Assembly: GCF_001194135.2 (NCBI RefSeq)
Contig: NC_068999.1
Coordinates: forward strand, 1,473,113 to 1,537,112
DNA length: 64,000 bases
Direction of reading: 5' to 3'
From: Octopus bimaculoides
Taxonomy: Eukaryota
The notes under the pieces were generated by a model, which made no database searches, was not told the origin of the DNA, and saw only the letters and a list, made by a program, of their open reading frames with translations. Positions within the stretch are counted from its first letter, which is position 1. Each line of letters opens with the position of its first letter. A program made the position numbers and the translations under genes. Below, one piece after another: positions 52,934 to 64,000 of this stretch.

Positions 52934-54495
52934 NNNNNNNNNNNNNNNNNNNNNNNNNNNNNNNNNNNNNNNNNNNNNNNNNNNNNNNNNNNNNNNNNNN
53001 NNNNNNNNNNNNNNNNNNNNNNNNNNNNNNNNNNNNNNNNNNNNNNNNNNNNNNNNNNNNNNNNNNNNNNNNNNNNNNNNNNNNNNNNNNNNNNNNNNNN
53101 NNNNNNNNNNNNNNNNNNNNNNNNNNNNNNNNNNNNNNNNNNNNNNNNNNNNNNNNNNNNNNNNNNNNNNNNNNNNNNNNNNNNNNNNNNNNNNNNNNNN
53201 NNNNNNNNNNNNNNNNNNNNNNNNNNNNNNNNNNNNNNNNNNNNNNNNNNNNNNNNNNNNNNNNNNNNNNNNNNNNNNNNNNNNNNNNNNNNNNNNNNNN
53301 NNNNNNNNNNNNNNNNNNNNNNNNNNNNNNNNNNNNNNNNNNNNNNNNNNNNNNNNNNNNNNNNNNNNNNNNNNNNNNNNNNNNNNNNNNNNNNNNNNNN
53401 NNNNNNNNNNNNNNNNNNNNNNNNNNNNNNNNNNNNNNNNNNNNNNNNNNNNNNNNNNNNNNNNNNNNNNNNNNNNNNNNNNNNNNNNNNNNNNNNNNNN
53501 NNNNNNNNNNNNNNNNNNNNNNNNNNNNNNNNNNNNNNNNNNNNNNNNNNNNNNNNNNNNNNNNNNNNNNNNNNNNNNNNNNNNNNNNNNNNNNNNNNNN
53601 NNNNNNNNNNNNNNNNNNNNNNNNNNNNNNNNNNNNNNNNNNNNNNNNNNNNNNNNNNNNNNNNNNNNNNNNNNNNNNNNNNNNNNNNNNNNNNNNNNNN
53701 NNNNNNNNNNNNNNNNNNNNNNNNNNNNNNNNNNNNNNNNNNNNNNNNNNNNNNNNNNNNNNNNNGAGGAGGAGGAGGAGGAGGATGCAGTGATGATACG
53801 ATAATGACGTTGACGAAATTGTTGATGGTGAAAATTACGATAATGAAAATGATGATGATGATGATGATGATCATAATCATCATTATCATCATCATCATCA
53901 TCATGGTGGTGGTAGTGGTGGTGATGGTGGTATGATGATGATGCGTTTGGGAAGGGAGTAGTAGTAGAGGAGGAATTTTGGAAGAGGAGAAAAATTGAAC
54001 GACGAGTCCAAGCACTGTGACTGATTGGGATGAAAATGTGTTCGATGAAATCGATTGCAGAATTTATTAATTGCTACTTACTTTATCGATCGACACCGAC
54101 TGGAACGAGGAAATAAAAGATTATAACCCCATCAGCCGATGACGATGACGACGATGAACACATCAATAACAACAGCAACAACAACATTGAGAAATGGAGA
54201 AATATTTGATCACAGTGTAAACAATAAGACTCAGTGACAGGGAACCAGTTGTAGGATGGTATGGACGGTGCAAAGGAAGGGAGAGCGTGGNNNNNNNNNN
54301 GGAGGAGGAAAAGGAGGAGGAGGAGGAAAAGGAGGAGGAGGAGGAGGAGGAGGAAGACGAAGACGAAGAAGAAGAAGAAGAAGAAGAAGAAGAAGAAGAA
54401 GAAGAGAATGAAGAAAAGCAAAGTGGAAGAGAATAAAGGAACCCCAGAAAAAGATCAAATATGGTAGTAGGAAGAGCAATACCCACAACAAAAGC

Positions 54496-54542
<47 letters not shown>

Positions 54543-54600
54543 ACTGTGATGCTGGTTAGAGGTGAAGGAGGAGGACGATGAGGTGGTAGAGGTGGAGGTA
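52872..54600. repeat. Trinucleotide simple-repeat region (GAT, GAG, CAT, GAA, GTA) with gaps
   Basis: Direct reading; explains the poly-M/H/R/K/S ORFs. Confidence 0.93.
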
Positions 54601-55076
54601 GAAATAGATGTGAGGTAAGAGAAGGAGATGCGTTAGTAGCAGTTATGAAGATATATACATTTTGAAATTCAATTTATTTAATCATCTCCAACAGATATGC
54701 CAAAATCTGATCGTTCATTATCATTTATGAAAACACGGACACTGTGTACATTACGAGAATATACGAGATTTTGTTGATATACGGTGGACAGCACGGAGAG
54801 AGAAACAGCAAGTTGTCATAGTCACGAAGTTTGTAATGGAAGAGAGATTTTAATTAAAGGAGAGAAGAAAGCTTGTAAGGCAGCTGGTTGCCAGAGGAGA
54901 CAACGGAACTATTTGCGTATTGGAAGAGAAGACAAGAAAATTATAAAGAAATTGATATTAGGAATGTTTGAAGAATGGTTACAGGCTGCAGGCTAAGACC
55001 AAACCTTTTGGAATTTGTTAATACATCAAAAAAAGTCAGGGGAAAGAGGGAAAGAGTAAGAGAGAAAGAGGGAGAA

Positions 55077-55137
<61 letters not shown>

Positions 55138-56629
55138 GAGAGAGAGAGAGAGGGAGAAAGAGAGAGAGAGAGAAAGAGAGAAAGAGTGACTGAATGACGT
55201 ATAATTTAGGTGAAGTTCCTGTTTTGGTTCTGGAAACAATACGCAACCTAGCGGTAATCATTTCTGACTCCTACAAGGGGAGTTAATTGCAACTAATTAA
55301 GAATTAATTGCAGATCATGTATTTAAATTGTCATACAAGTTTTCGAGTCTATTCCCTGCTAGTGATGGCATTTCAAAAGCGGCAGGAGGGCCCCTAGGTG
55401 TCATTACTTTAGAGCCATGAAACAGGCTGAAATATTTGTTTAACGGAAGTTCTGCTACAGAATTCCCCTATTGTCCTTTTACCTCCAATCAATTTTCCAG
55501 ATAAAAATACATCAAAAGGATCCCGCCCTTACTCGCCCGACATCCACAATTGCCAGTTCTGACCCCTTGAATGATTAGATATTTTCCACCAATTTGCAGT
55601 ATTCATCAACAGAAAATACGAACTATTTCATTGCTGACATGAGAGGTACGCCCTATTGCGGACTTCAAGCCACTGGACACATCATGCTGGTTGCTCCACA
55701 ACTAAGGGCAGGTTACTACGGGCTGACTTTCCAGCCTTATACATTTACTGTAACCTCCTTAGTATACGTGGACGTGAGTGCGGGCACGTACTCATACACA
55801 CACGAACATAACTACTTATCTACGATTTTCCTCTCTTCACCGCAAGCCGAAGTCAAATCTTGTTAATGGCCAATGACTCTGTTGCGATTGCGTTACCATA
55901 CATTAGTCTTGCTCATAGAGAAATATCAGAGGCACGCATATACACGCACTCACACACACCAGAAGTAACCACACGCATTCGCGTTCACACAGATAAACAC
56001 GTATATATCTGTACACATGCATGTAAACACAGAAATATGCATACTCACGTGTATTCGTCATTCAGACGCCCACACACGCACACACACGCGCGCATCCCAA
56101 ACGCGTCTTTGCACACATGCACAAACGGTGGAGACTTAATGGAAACGGTTTTGCGCACACGCACACACAGACAACTGTTTCACACGCAACTGAAACACCT
56201 AAACGACGCAAGCACTCACACATAGCTATACGCAGCCGCACCCATATTGCGCACTTACACTTTAGCAAACACATATAAACACATAGCAGACACACACACA
56301 TCACCACGCACAAACTCACATAGCGTTCACACACACACACACACACACACACAACCACACATACACACACACACCCTCGATGGCCATCCATTTGACGTCG
56401 CTTGAGTTCATTCCAGCTGCATACAGACAGAGGGGCGCCAACAGCTACGCAATCCAAGAATTTCAGTTTGGGATCTCTTTTTTTCGCAGGATCTGATGTC
56501 GCTGGGGTTTAAATTCCATTTCTAACCACAAAAGGTGACACAACTCGACAAAAAGCAACCCAGTTTCCAGTAGCCCTCTGCGGCACCCTGCATCTCTTCG
56601 TTCGGCTGTATACACATATGAATCCATCC

Positions 56630-56664
<35 letters not shown>

Positions 56665-56712
56665 CATCTATCTATCTATCTATCTGTCTGTCTGTCTGAC
56701 TGACTGTCTGTC

Positions 56713-56771
<59 letters not shown>

Positions 56772-57411
56772 GTTATTATTATTACTTAGATATTTCCTTT
56801 CAGCTTCAGTATATATATACACGTATGTATATATGTATATATGTTATATGTTTATATACACACATGTATATTTAGTAGAAAAAGCAGAACTAAAACTCAA
56901 TGCGTGAGTGTATATGCGTAGTTATTTTATTACATTTAGCAGTCAAAAAGTCAAATAAGTGAGTTTCATACCTGTCACCTATCAAATTTGATAATAAGAG
57001 AAAAATTTAAAATACACTCTTGTTCCCTCTCCCACAGTAGTTCAGACACACGCGTGTATATATACATATATATACACTCTTTCTAAATTACGTACCAACA
57101 AGGAGACCAACATGGTAATTATATGGAATTTTTTCTTTAAAAATCGCCATTGTTATATACGAAGTAAAGTAACATGACATCAGTTGCACTTCTTGTAATA
57201 TCAGCGTACGTTGATAATGCACGTGTTGGTGGCAGCTATATTTATTATATTTCTATTATATTATTTTTATATTTGTCTTATTTCTGTATTTGTCTTTTCT
57301 TTCTAAACCATGATATCATTTTTCTTGTATATTTTGGTTCTTAACATGTTTTGACTCTAATTAAACCGCGTTCAGACATAACGTAGAAACATGAAAATTA
57401 TTTTGATATTG

Positions 57412-57458
<47 letters not shown>

Positions 57459-57964
57459 CATTATTATTATTTTATTTTTATTATTATTATTTTATTTTTA
57501 TTCTTGTTGTCATTTTAATATTTCATTTCAGTTTCATTCTCTTTACAACACATTTTCAACACTGTAAAAGTATTTCATATTTCAACTCTGGTAAAATCTT
57601 ATTTTTATCTCAGATATTATACATTATTTGCAAGTATCAATTTGCTTTAGTTTGCAAAAATCTTGACATGTATAAATCTTTTCGACATGTTTGTTTACAC
57701 CATGTTGTCTTTTCCTATATTTTTTCTTAATAATATTTTTTATGACTTTTTTTTTCCAAAGTCAAACTTGCTTTGATATTACATTAGTTTCTAGAACTCC
57801 ATCTTTATAGCACCGAGTTTTTCAGATTCAACAATGTTTTTTTTTTTTATATTAATTTAATTCTAAACTTTGTTTGATCAGATTATTGATATTATATTTT
57901 AGTTTTATATACTTGAATTTTTAAAATATTATGTTTATAGATTTAAGTTTATTTCATTTTTATT

Positions 57965-58576
57965 CAGTCATCCAATGTCAAGAATGAAAGCATAACACTC
58001 GGGATTTCAAATAATTCTAGACAAAATACCATTGCCAGTGGTAAGAACAAACGTAGAGGCAATAGTGTCTGAAGAATGCCCTCATTTACCATTTATACAT
58101 AGGAATTGCATATACTTCGCTTTCGGTTCAAAGAGCTAGCGTTTGTTTTTCTGAGGTTTCGTAATGTCTTATCTGGTAAAACGAATCAAGAACAATCTCT
58201 TGAACAGTTTGATCAATCATCAACGAGACGTATTAAATACTGATAAATCTTTTTTTTTTTTAAATCACTGAAAATATTAAGCTTAAAGGGGAGTCTGGGA
58301 AGTCATTTGTGTTCATTTATAGATAACAATAGAAGTGTCCAAACAAGTTTTAGTAAATAAATATGGTCTATTAAAGACAGAAACAAAGACTGTACTATCA
58401 GTTGGGAATTAATTTGCATTACAAAACCATTTAGACCTGGAGTGTAATAAGTGTGACCCATGTTTAGAAGAATTTTAACAATTTGTACATCTACGAGCAA
58501 TGTAATAAATTCTAGACAGGAACAAGCTTTAAGATGATTGTACATGACAAAATTCACATTTGCTCAATATAACTGA
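57965..58576 (+). mobile_element. Penelope-like element remnant (RT-endonuclease linker and GIY-YIG endonuclease)
   Basis: MSRMKA*HSGFQIIL (linker, compare YSCMxNMKxIISxHN); CLKNALIYHLYIGIAYTS at 58066-58119 (IY and YIG motifs); TSFSK*IWSIKDRNKDCTISWELICITKPFRPG [fs] NKCDPCLEE [fs] ...NSRQE..TKF (C..C and R.E motifs of PLE GIY-YIG ends). Confidence 0.85.
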
Positions 58577-59984
58577 GTAATAAACATTTAAGCAACAGAA
58601 TGCTTTAAAATAACGGGCTATAAGTGATTATCGAATCTAAACTTGAATTGAAGATGTTTCGTGTCTAACTTAACGAACCACTCTTCATCATAAAATGCAG
58701 AGCAGATAAACGAGAGACTTTTCTTCGGATAGAATCTTGTATTTCTATTACGATTCTCTTTTTGACTCGACATTTAATGAGGTACTGACTTCCGAGACCC
58801 GTTGCAAAATTACTGAACCATAGTTTCTTCTCATTCACACTTGAAACGCAAACATTGACATATTTCGTTTCCCCTCAGGAACCATTGTATCTATATTTCT
58901 ATGGTTAGTTGGTAGAATGAATTTTGTTTTTACCAAGACCAAGCTCTGTTATGTAATCCTTTATATTTGAAAGTCTCGAAAGACATTGGGCATTCCTTGT
59001 TGGAAAATGTGGGCTGCAATTTCTAGTAGGTCAAACACACTTATAGAGAGCTCTCACTGGTTTCAAGCCTACTATTTTAGACTTTATACTCGGGTGGTTA
59101 AACCATTTTCGATAAGCCATGATCCTCAACTTTTATGTAGAAACTTGTAAATATTTCCAAGATTTTATATCTAATATTATTTTTTGTTTCTTAGTGGATG
59201 CCATCTACAGAGAAACATATGAAAATCTATATAAGCTGTTTCACATGCACAAATGAGATTTCCATAGGAGATTGGTGATGTATGAATACAGAGAACATCA
59301 AACGGTACAACAACATACATATTTCACAAATATCGGAAGATCATTCTAAACGTAGATTCCCCAATACACAGACTCTTGGGGAATAACTAATCAAAGAAAA
59401 TCATTATAACATATTTGACATAATCTAAATACTGAGTATTGATGTCCAGCATATATTATATCGACTGTATATTTTCTATATGTTCGATTTTTACAGCCAA
59501 CTTTATGTGAAACTACAGAGTAACATTTAAGAAGATGAGCTGCCCGTGGTTTGTTTCATGCCCTCAGTGCTATGCTCTAAATACACACATACACACATAT
59601 ACAGGTCATATTTTGTGTAGTAAAATATATCATGGATAGCGGCTATCGTTATTGCATACCCTTGTAAACTTGTGACATAAAAGCGATTTACGCTCACTTT
59701 TATCCTCTTTATGCTGACGTCAAACGAGAATAACCAATCACACGGGCCAATGAAGGAAGCGCTACAGGCTTACTGGAACTGTTATGAATTAAGTCAATGA
59801 TGGAATCTGTAAATGGTCGCCGACACAGCTAGAAACACTAGCTTTTACTATTAACATTAATTGATTAATGCTATCCATAGATTACATTATGTCGGGGGAA
59901 AATTAAGACAGGTCCTTTGATCGTACGTTTATTCAACTTTAGGTGACTTGGAATAAATAACAGAATCACCTGATAAAAATAACC

Positions 59985-60120
59985 AGTAAATGTCCCTCAA
60001 ATATCCTACAGTTTTAGAAAAAAGATGCAGTTATATGAAATAATGCAGGTTGTGAAATGATCGGAAACATTTGCAACGGGAGCGTATTTAAACACGTTTT
60101 AGAAAGCTGACCTGGCACAA
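59985..60120 (+). mobile_element. SINE-like family C fragment
   Basis: aaatgtccctcaaatatcctacagttttagaaaaaag...gctgacctgg. Confidence 0.5.
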
Positions 60121-60185
60121 GTTAAGGGTTTCTGGGTGAGAATTTAATCAGACAATCCTATTGATTTGTGTTATTACTATGCTCC

Positions 60186-60354
60186 CAGCAGTGAGCGGAC
60201 AGAATGGTCAGCACGCCGCGTGAAATGCTTAGCGGCATTTCGTCCGTCTTTACGTTCTGAGTTCAAATTACGTTACGGTCGAGCTTGCCTTTCTTCTTTT
60301 TCGGGGTCGATAGAATAAGTACCAGCTATTCACTGGGATCGATGTGATCACCTT
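60186..60354 (+). mobile_element. SINE family A (first of a tandem pair)
   Basis: cagcacgccgcgtgaaatgcttagcggcatttcgtccgtctttacgttctgagttcaaatt...tcggggtcgatagaataagtaccag. Confidence 0.92.
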
Positions 60355-60384
60355 AAGTGATTCTAATATCAGATCGCACTGTAT

Positions 60385-60560
60385 GGCGGTGAGCTTGCAT
60401 GCCGGACAAAATGCATAGCAACATTTCGTCCGTCTTTACGCTCTGAGTTAAAATTTCGCTGAGGTTGATCTTACCTTTCATTCTTTCAAGGTCGATAAAA
60501 AAATTACACGCTGAGCATTGGGGTCCTCCACCGAAATTGCAGCCCTTTTGACAACATTTG
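60385..60560 (+). mobile_element. SINE family A (second of a tandem pair)
   Basis: ggcggtgagcttgcatgccggacaaaatgc...catttcgtccgtctttacgctctgagttaaaatttcgctgaggttgatcttacctttcattctttcaaggtcgataaaa. Confidence 0.9.
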
Positions 60561-60878
60561 AAACTAATGTCAAACAATACTAATATGATGGAATGGTTGA
60601 GGTTGGAATGTCCTTTATTAGTGTTGACCTGCAGTAAAACAAAAGAAAATGTAATATAAAATGTAATGTAAAACAAAAGAAAAAGTAATATTTAGAGTTG
60701 GCACGAAACTTTGTTCTTATAATCTACAAAAGAATCTTCTGCAATTGTTTCCAACTTTCTTGGCCTCCGAGACTGGTGGGGGGGGCAATGAAATGAGGAC
60801 GAATCCATTTGTCATATACTACTGCACAAAGAAGCAGAACAGAAATATATAGAATTATCATCACCTTGTCTGAGTCTT

Positions 60879-60933
60879 GACAACCCAGGTGACAACCCAG
60901 GTGACAACCCAGGTGACAACCCAGGTGACAACC
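60879..60933. repeat. 12-bp minisatellite (GACAACCCAGGT)x4.6
   Basis: Four perfect units plus GACAACC. Confidence 0.98.
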
Positions 60934-61664
60934 TGAAAGGCACTGAAGACCCAGCTGGTGACATTGAATTGAATATCGGATTGCCTACCATTCAAAATCT
61001 TTGTAATCTTCCGTAACTTTATTTCCCTCTCAGGCTGGAGTCAGATTGAAAATATGCTAGAAAATCCATTACGCTACCGTGCTCTGGCATCGAAACTGGA
61101 ACCATTTGATTGTGAAACTAGTTTCTTTAGCACTCGTCTCTGCTTGCGATCATATCACGCTATCTATCAACAGTTAATGTATTTCGGTGAAAATCTTGAC
61201 CTTCTTAACCTTTCTTCTTCTTCTTCTCTAACCTCTCAACTCTATTACAGTGCTGCCGAGCGGAGCCGAATCACTTTATCTCGTGTTAATGCTAATCCGT
61301 AAATTCAAATGGTTCCCAAGCAGAAAGTAATTGATACGAAATTAATGTCTGTCTTATAATTCTTAGAATCGGTTATTGTTTGTGTTATCATAAAAATGAA
61401 ACAAGTGGCAATATTCTCAAGAAACAAAAAGACGATGTTGTCACGGATGGAAGTCATTTGATCATAGGTCTATTTAATGAAGGCAAACATAAAGCTGCAG
61501 AAACCCTCCAGCCACACACAGGACTCGCTAACGACAATAACAACAGCAGCAACAACAACAGCAAAAACAACAGCAGCAGCAGCAGCAGCTAGCTAGAAAG
61601 AGCAACGAGCTAAAAGAAAGCCTCTACCGCACCACATTAAACCGTGTTTAAGCTCATCCCACCA

Positions 61665-61860
61665 CAGGTTTGTTGGAAAGAAATAGCAGCCAAATCTTCC
61701 TCAAACAAATACGTTAACATGGTTGAAATATTGAAAGAACACGATGAAATATATAGTTATAGCGGAATGGGTGACGGTCACGGTTGGATGTCTACGATCA
61801 TAATGCTATACCATCATAGGCTGCTGTTGGATTCAACAACAACCAGAAATAACGGCCAAT
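61665..61860 (+). mobile_element. SINE-like family C copy, diverged
   Basis: gaaatagcagccaaatcttcctcaaa...gacggtcacggttggatg...gatcata...caacaacaacc. A related tail piece lies at 61435-61475. Confidence 0.55.
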
Positions 61861-62939
61861 TTTCCGTTAGGGAAAGCTACATTAGATTATGTAGTCCAAG
61901 ATACACAGGTCCAATTTGCTTGAAATTATATGGCGTTTGATTAATAAGCTTGCAGTATTTAACTGTCGTTTAGTCTCAAGTCACATCTGACGGTTACAAG
62001 GTCTTAGGCTCCACATTTCAAGCGCGACACTTCCACTTTTTTTTGTGTACGAAGACACAAACATACAGACATAGATATGTATATATACATACAGATGTGT
62101 GTGTTTTTGTGTGGTGGTGGTGGTGGTGATGGTGGTTGTGGTGGTGGGGAGGGTGCCACTTTCAGCTAAAAGTTTTATCATATTTCAAGCTTTAAACTTA
62201 GATTACTCTCTCAAATGTAATATTTATTCCCATTGTCTTGAATTAATCGTGCATTTATCGTGTAGCGTCAAGATTTTGATGCTGTGATTGTTTCTTTTCA
62301 AAATGGCATTATCGGACAGGTGTGAGAGGCTGATCTGGATTGGGAAGCATCAGATGAGCATCATAGCGAAATATAATTTGAAAATTGATAAGATTCTAAT
62401 TAACTACAAATTATTAGCGATACACAACCGTACCACCGTAAAGGTTTCTGTCACTGGGGATTGCAGGTCGGGTCTTTTAGTTGGTTTGCGAATATTTCAT
62501 ATTATAATTCTAACTTGAACGCAAACAGCATCGAAACTTTATTGAATGACTAGCTGAAATTAGTTCAGAACGTTTAAGAAACAATACGGTGGGCATCATA
62601 GAATTTGATCCTGTGTCACACAACTCGATCAACTTAACTGAAAAGGCAACAACAACAGTAATAATGCCAGTGTATGAAATTTACATTTGTCTTGTTCTAT
62701 TTTACTGTTTAGGTGCTTTTTGTCGTTTTGTCTTTATATGTTCTTTTTTATTCAGTAATTGTAATTTTTCTCCCGATAATATGTTTTCTCTTAAAGAGAA
62801 CATAAATCAAATCCTACCTCCACCGTCACCAACAACCCCAAAAAATCTCCTGTATAACAGAGTTCGTAGAATTCACAAAATAAAACACTTTCTCTCTCTA
62901 CCTTTCCCAATATATATATATATATATATATACACAGAC

Positions 62940-62992
<53 letters not shown>

Positions 62993-63230
62993 CATATATA
63001 TATCTATATGTATATGCATGTGTGTGTATATGTACGTGTGTGTATGCATGTATGTATGTATGCCGCCATATATGTGTATGCATACATATTAAATGAAGGG
63101 TGTAAAATTTAAATAAAATTAATCCATACACATAAAAATATATTTAAAACAGTCACACGATATTTACATCATATACATGAACACCAGCCTACATACATAA
63201 ATACATAGATATGTACACACATAGATATAC

Positions 63231-63324
<94 letters not shown>

Positions 63325-63505
63325 GTATATATCCATATATATATGTATATCTATATATATATGTATTTCTATATATGTGTGTATATATATTATANNNNNN
63401 NNNNNNNNNNNNNNNNNNNNNNNNNNNNNNNNNNNNNNNNNNNNNNNNNNNNNNNNNNNNNNNNNNNNNNNNNNNNNNNNNNNNNNNNNNNNNNNNNNNN
63501 NNNNN

Positions 63506-63536
<31 letters not shown>

Positions 63537-63732
63537 TCTTACGCGAACTAAACAGTCGTCCTGCGTGCACACACGCGCAAACACACGCAATCACACGTAC
63601 ACACATTTTTTTTAAAGAAAGCGTAAGAAGTTGGCAAAAAATAGAAGCTATATATTATATGTAATTTACAATCCGACATTAGTGATTTGGAAGTATAATT
63701 AAGTTAGAATCAATAGGTCAGACATCTTTACT

Positions 63733-63775
<43 letters not shown>

Positions 63776-63944
63776 CATACACATACACATACACACATAT
63801 AAACATATATATATATATGCGTGTGTGTGGGGGTGTTTACGTATATATATATGTTGGAATGTGTGTGTGTATATATTTTTTTGTGATGCAAACTACAGTG
63901 CTATGTGTGTATGTGATGATTTCCTGGGAATAAATTATATCTTT

Positions 63945-64000
<56 letters not shown>

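Noticed and set aside
55600-55645. Candidate 46-nt exon YSSTENTNYFIADMRG; similar weak cases near 33076 and 51836
   Set aside because: Splice sites are only moderate, no recognisable protein emerges, and no consistent exon chain can be supported.
57968-58040. Apparent exon (tttattcag ... gtg|gtaaga) reading SSNVKNESITLGISNNSRQNTIASG
   Set aside because: Another frame of the same bases matches the Penelope-like linker and runs into GIY-YIG motifs, so it is better explained as TE sequence.
60723-60791. In-frame TGA inside a longer open frame (selenocysteine or readthrough idea)
   Set aside because: No start context, no SECIS recognised, and no selenoprotein motif.

Overview
Eukaryotic, AT-rich, microsatellite-saturated genomic DNA with about nine larger assembly gaps. 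The SINE families present match those I recall from octopus, so this is probably an Octopus scaffold (inferred, not searched). It looks intronic or intergenic. I recognise no protein-coding gene, rRNA, true tRNA or CRISPR array, and almost every ORF in the supplied track is a translated microsatellite or N-gap. The interpretable content is a layered retroelement record. It includes about 25 SINE copies or fragments from at least 4-5 families and two 5'-truncated R4/Dong-type LINE fragments encoding a restriction-like endonuclease (9330-9690 and 39973-40608). The second sits inside a (TAA)n tract and has a hairpin and triplicated motif at its 5' junction. There is also an I-group (Ingi/Vingi-like) reverse transcriptase remnant (15600-16300), a CR1-group 3' end (18160-18510), a Penelope-like GIY-YIG remnant (57965-58576), a probable non-autonomous DNA transposon (29371-30663) and degenerate hammerhead-ribozyme-like cores (best at 37304-37342). 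The best candidate host-gene exon is 13745-13817 (+). I cannot support a claim of a novel biological system; the findings are leads, ranked honestly.
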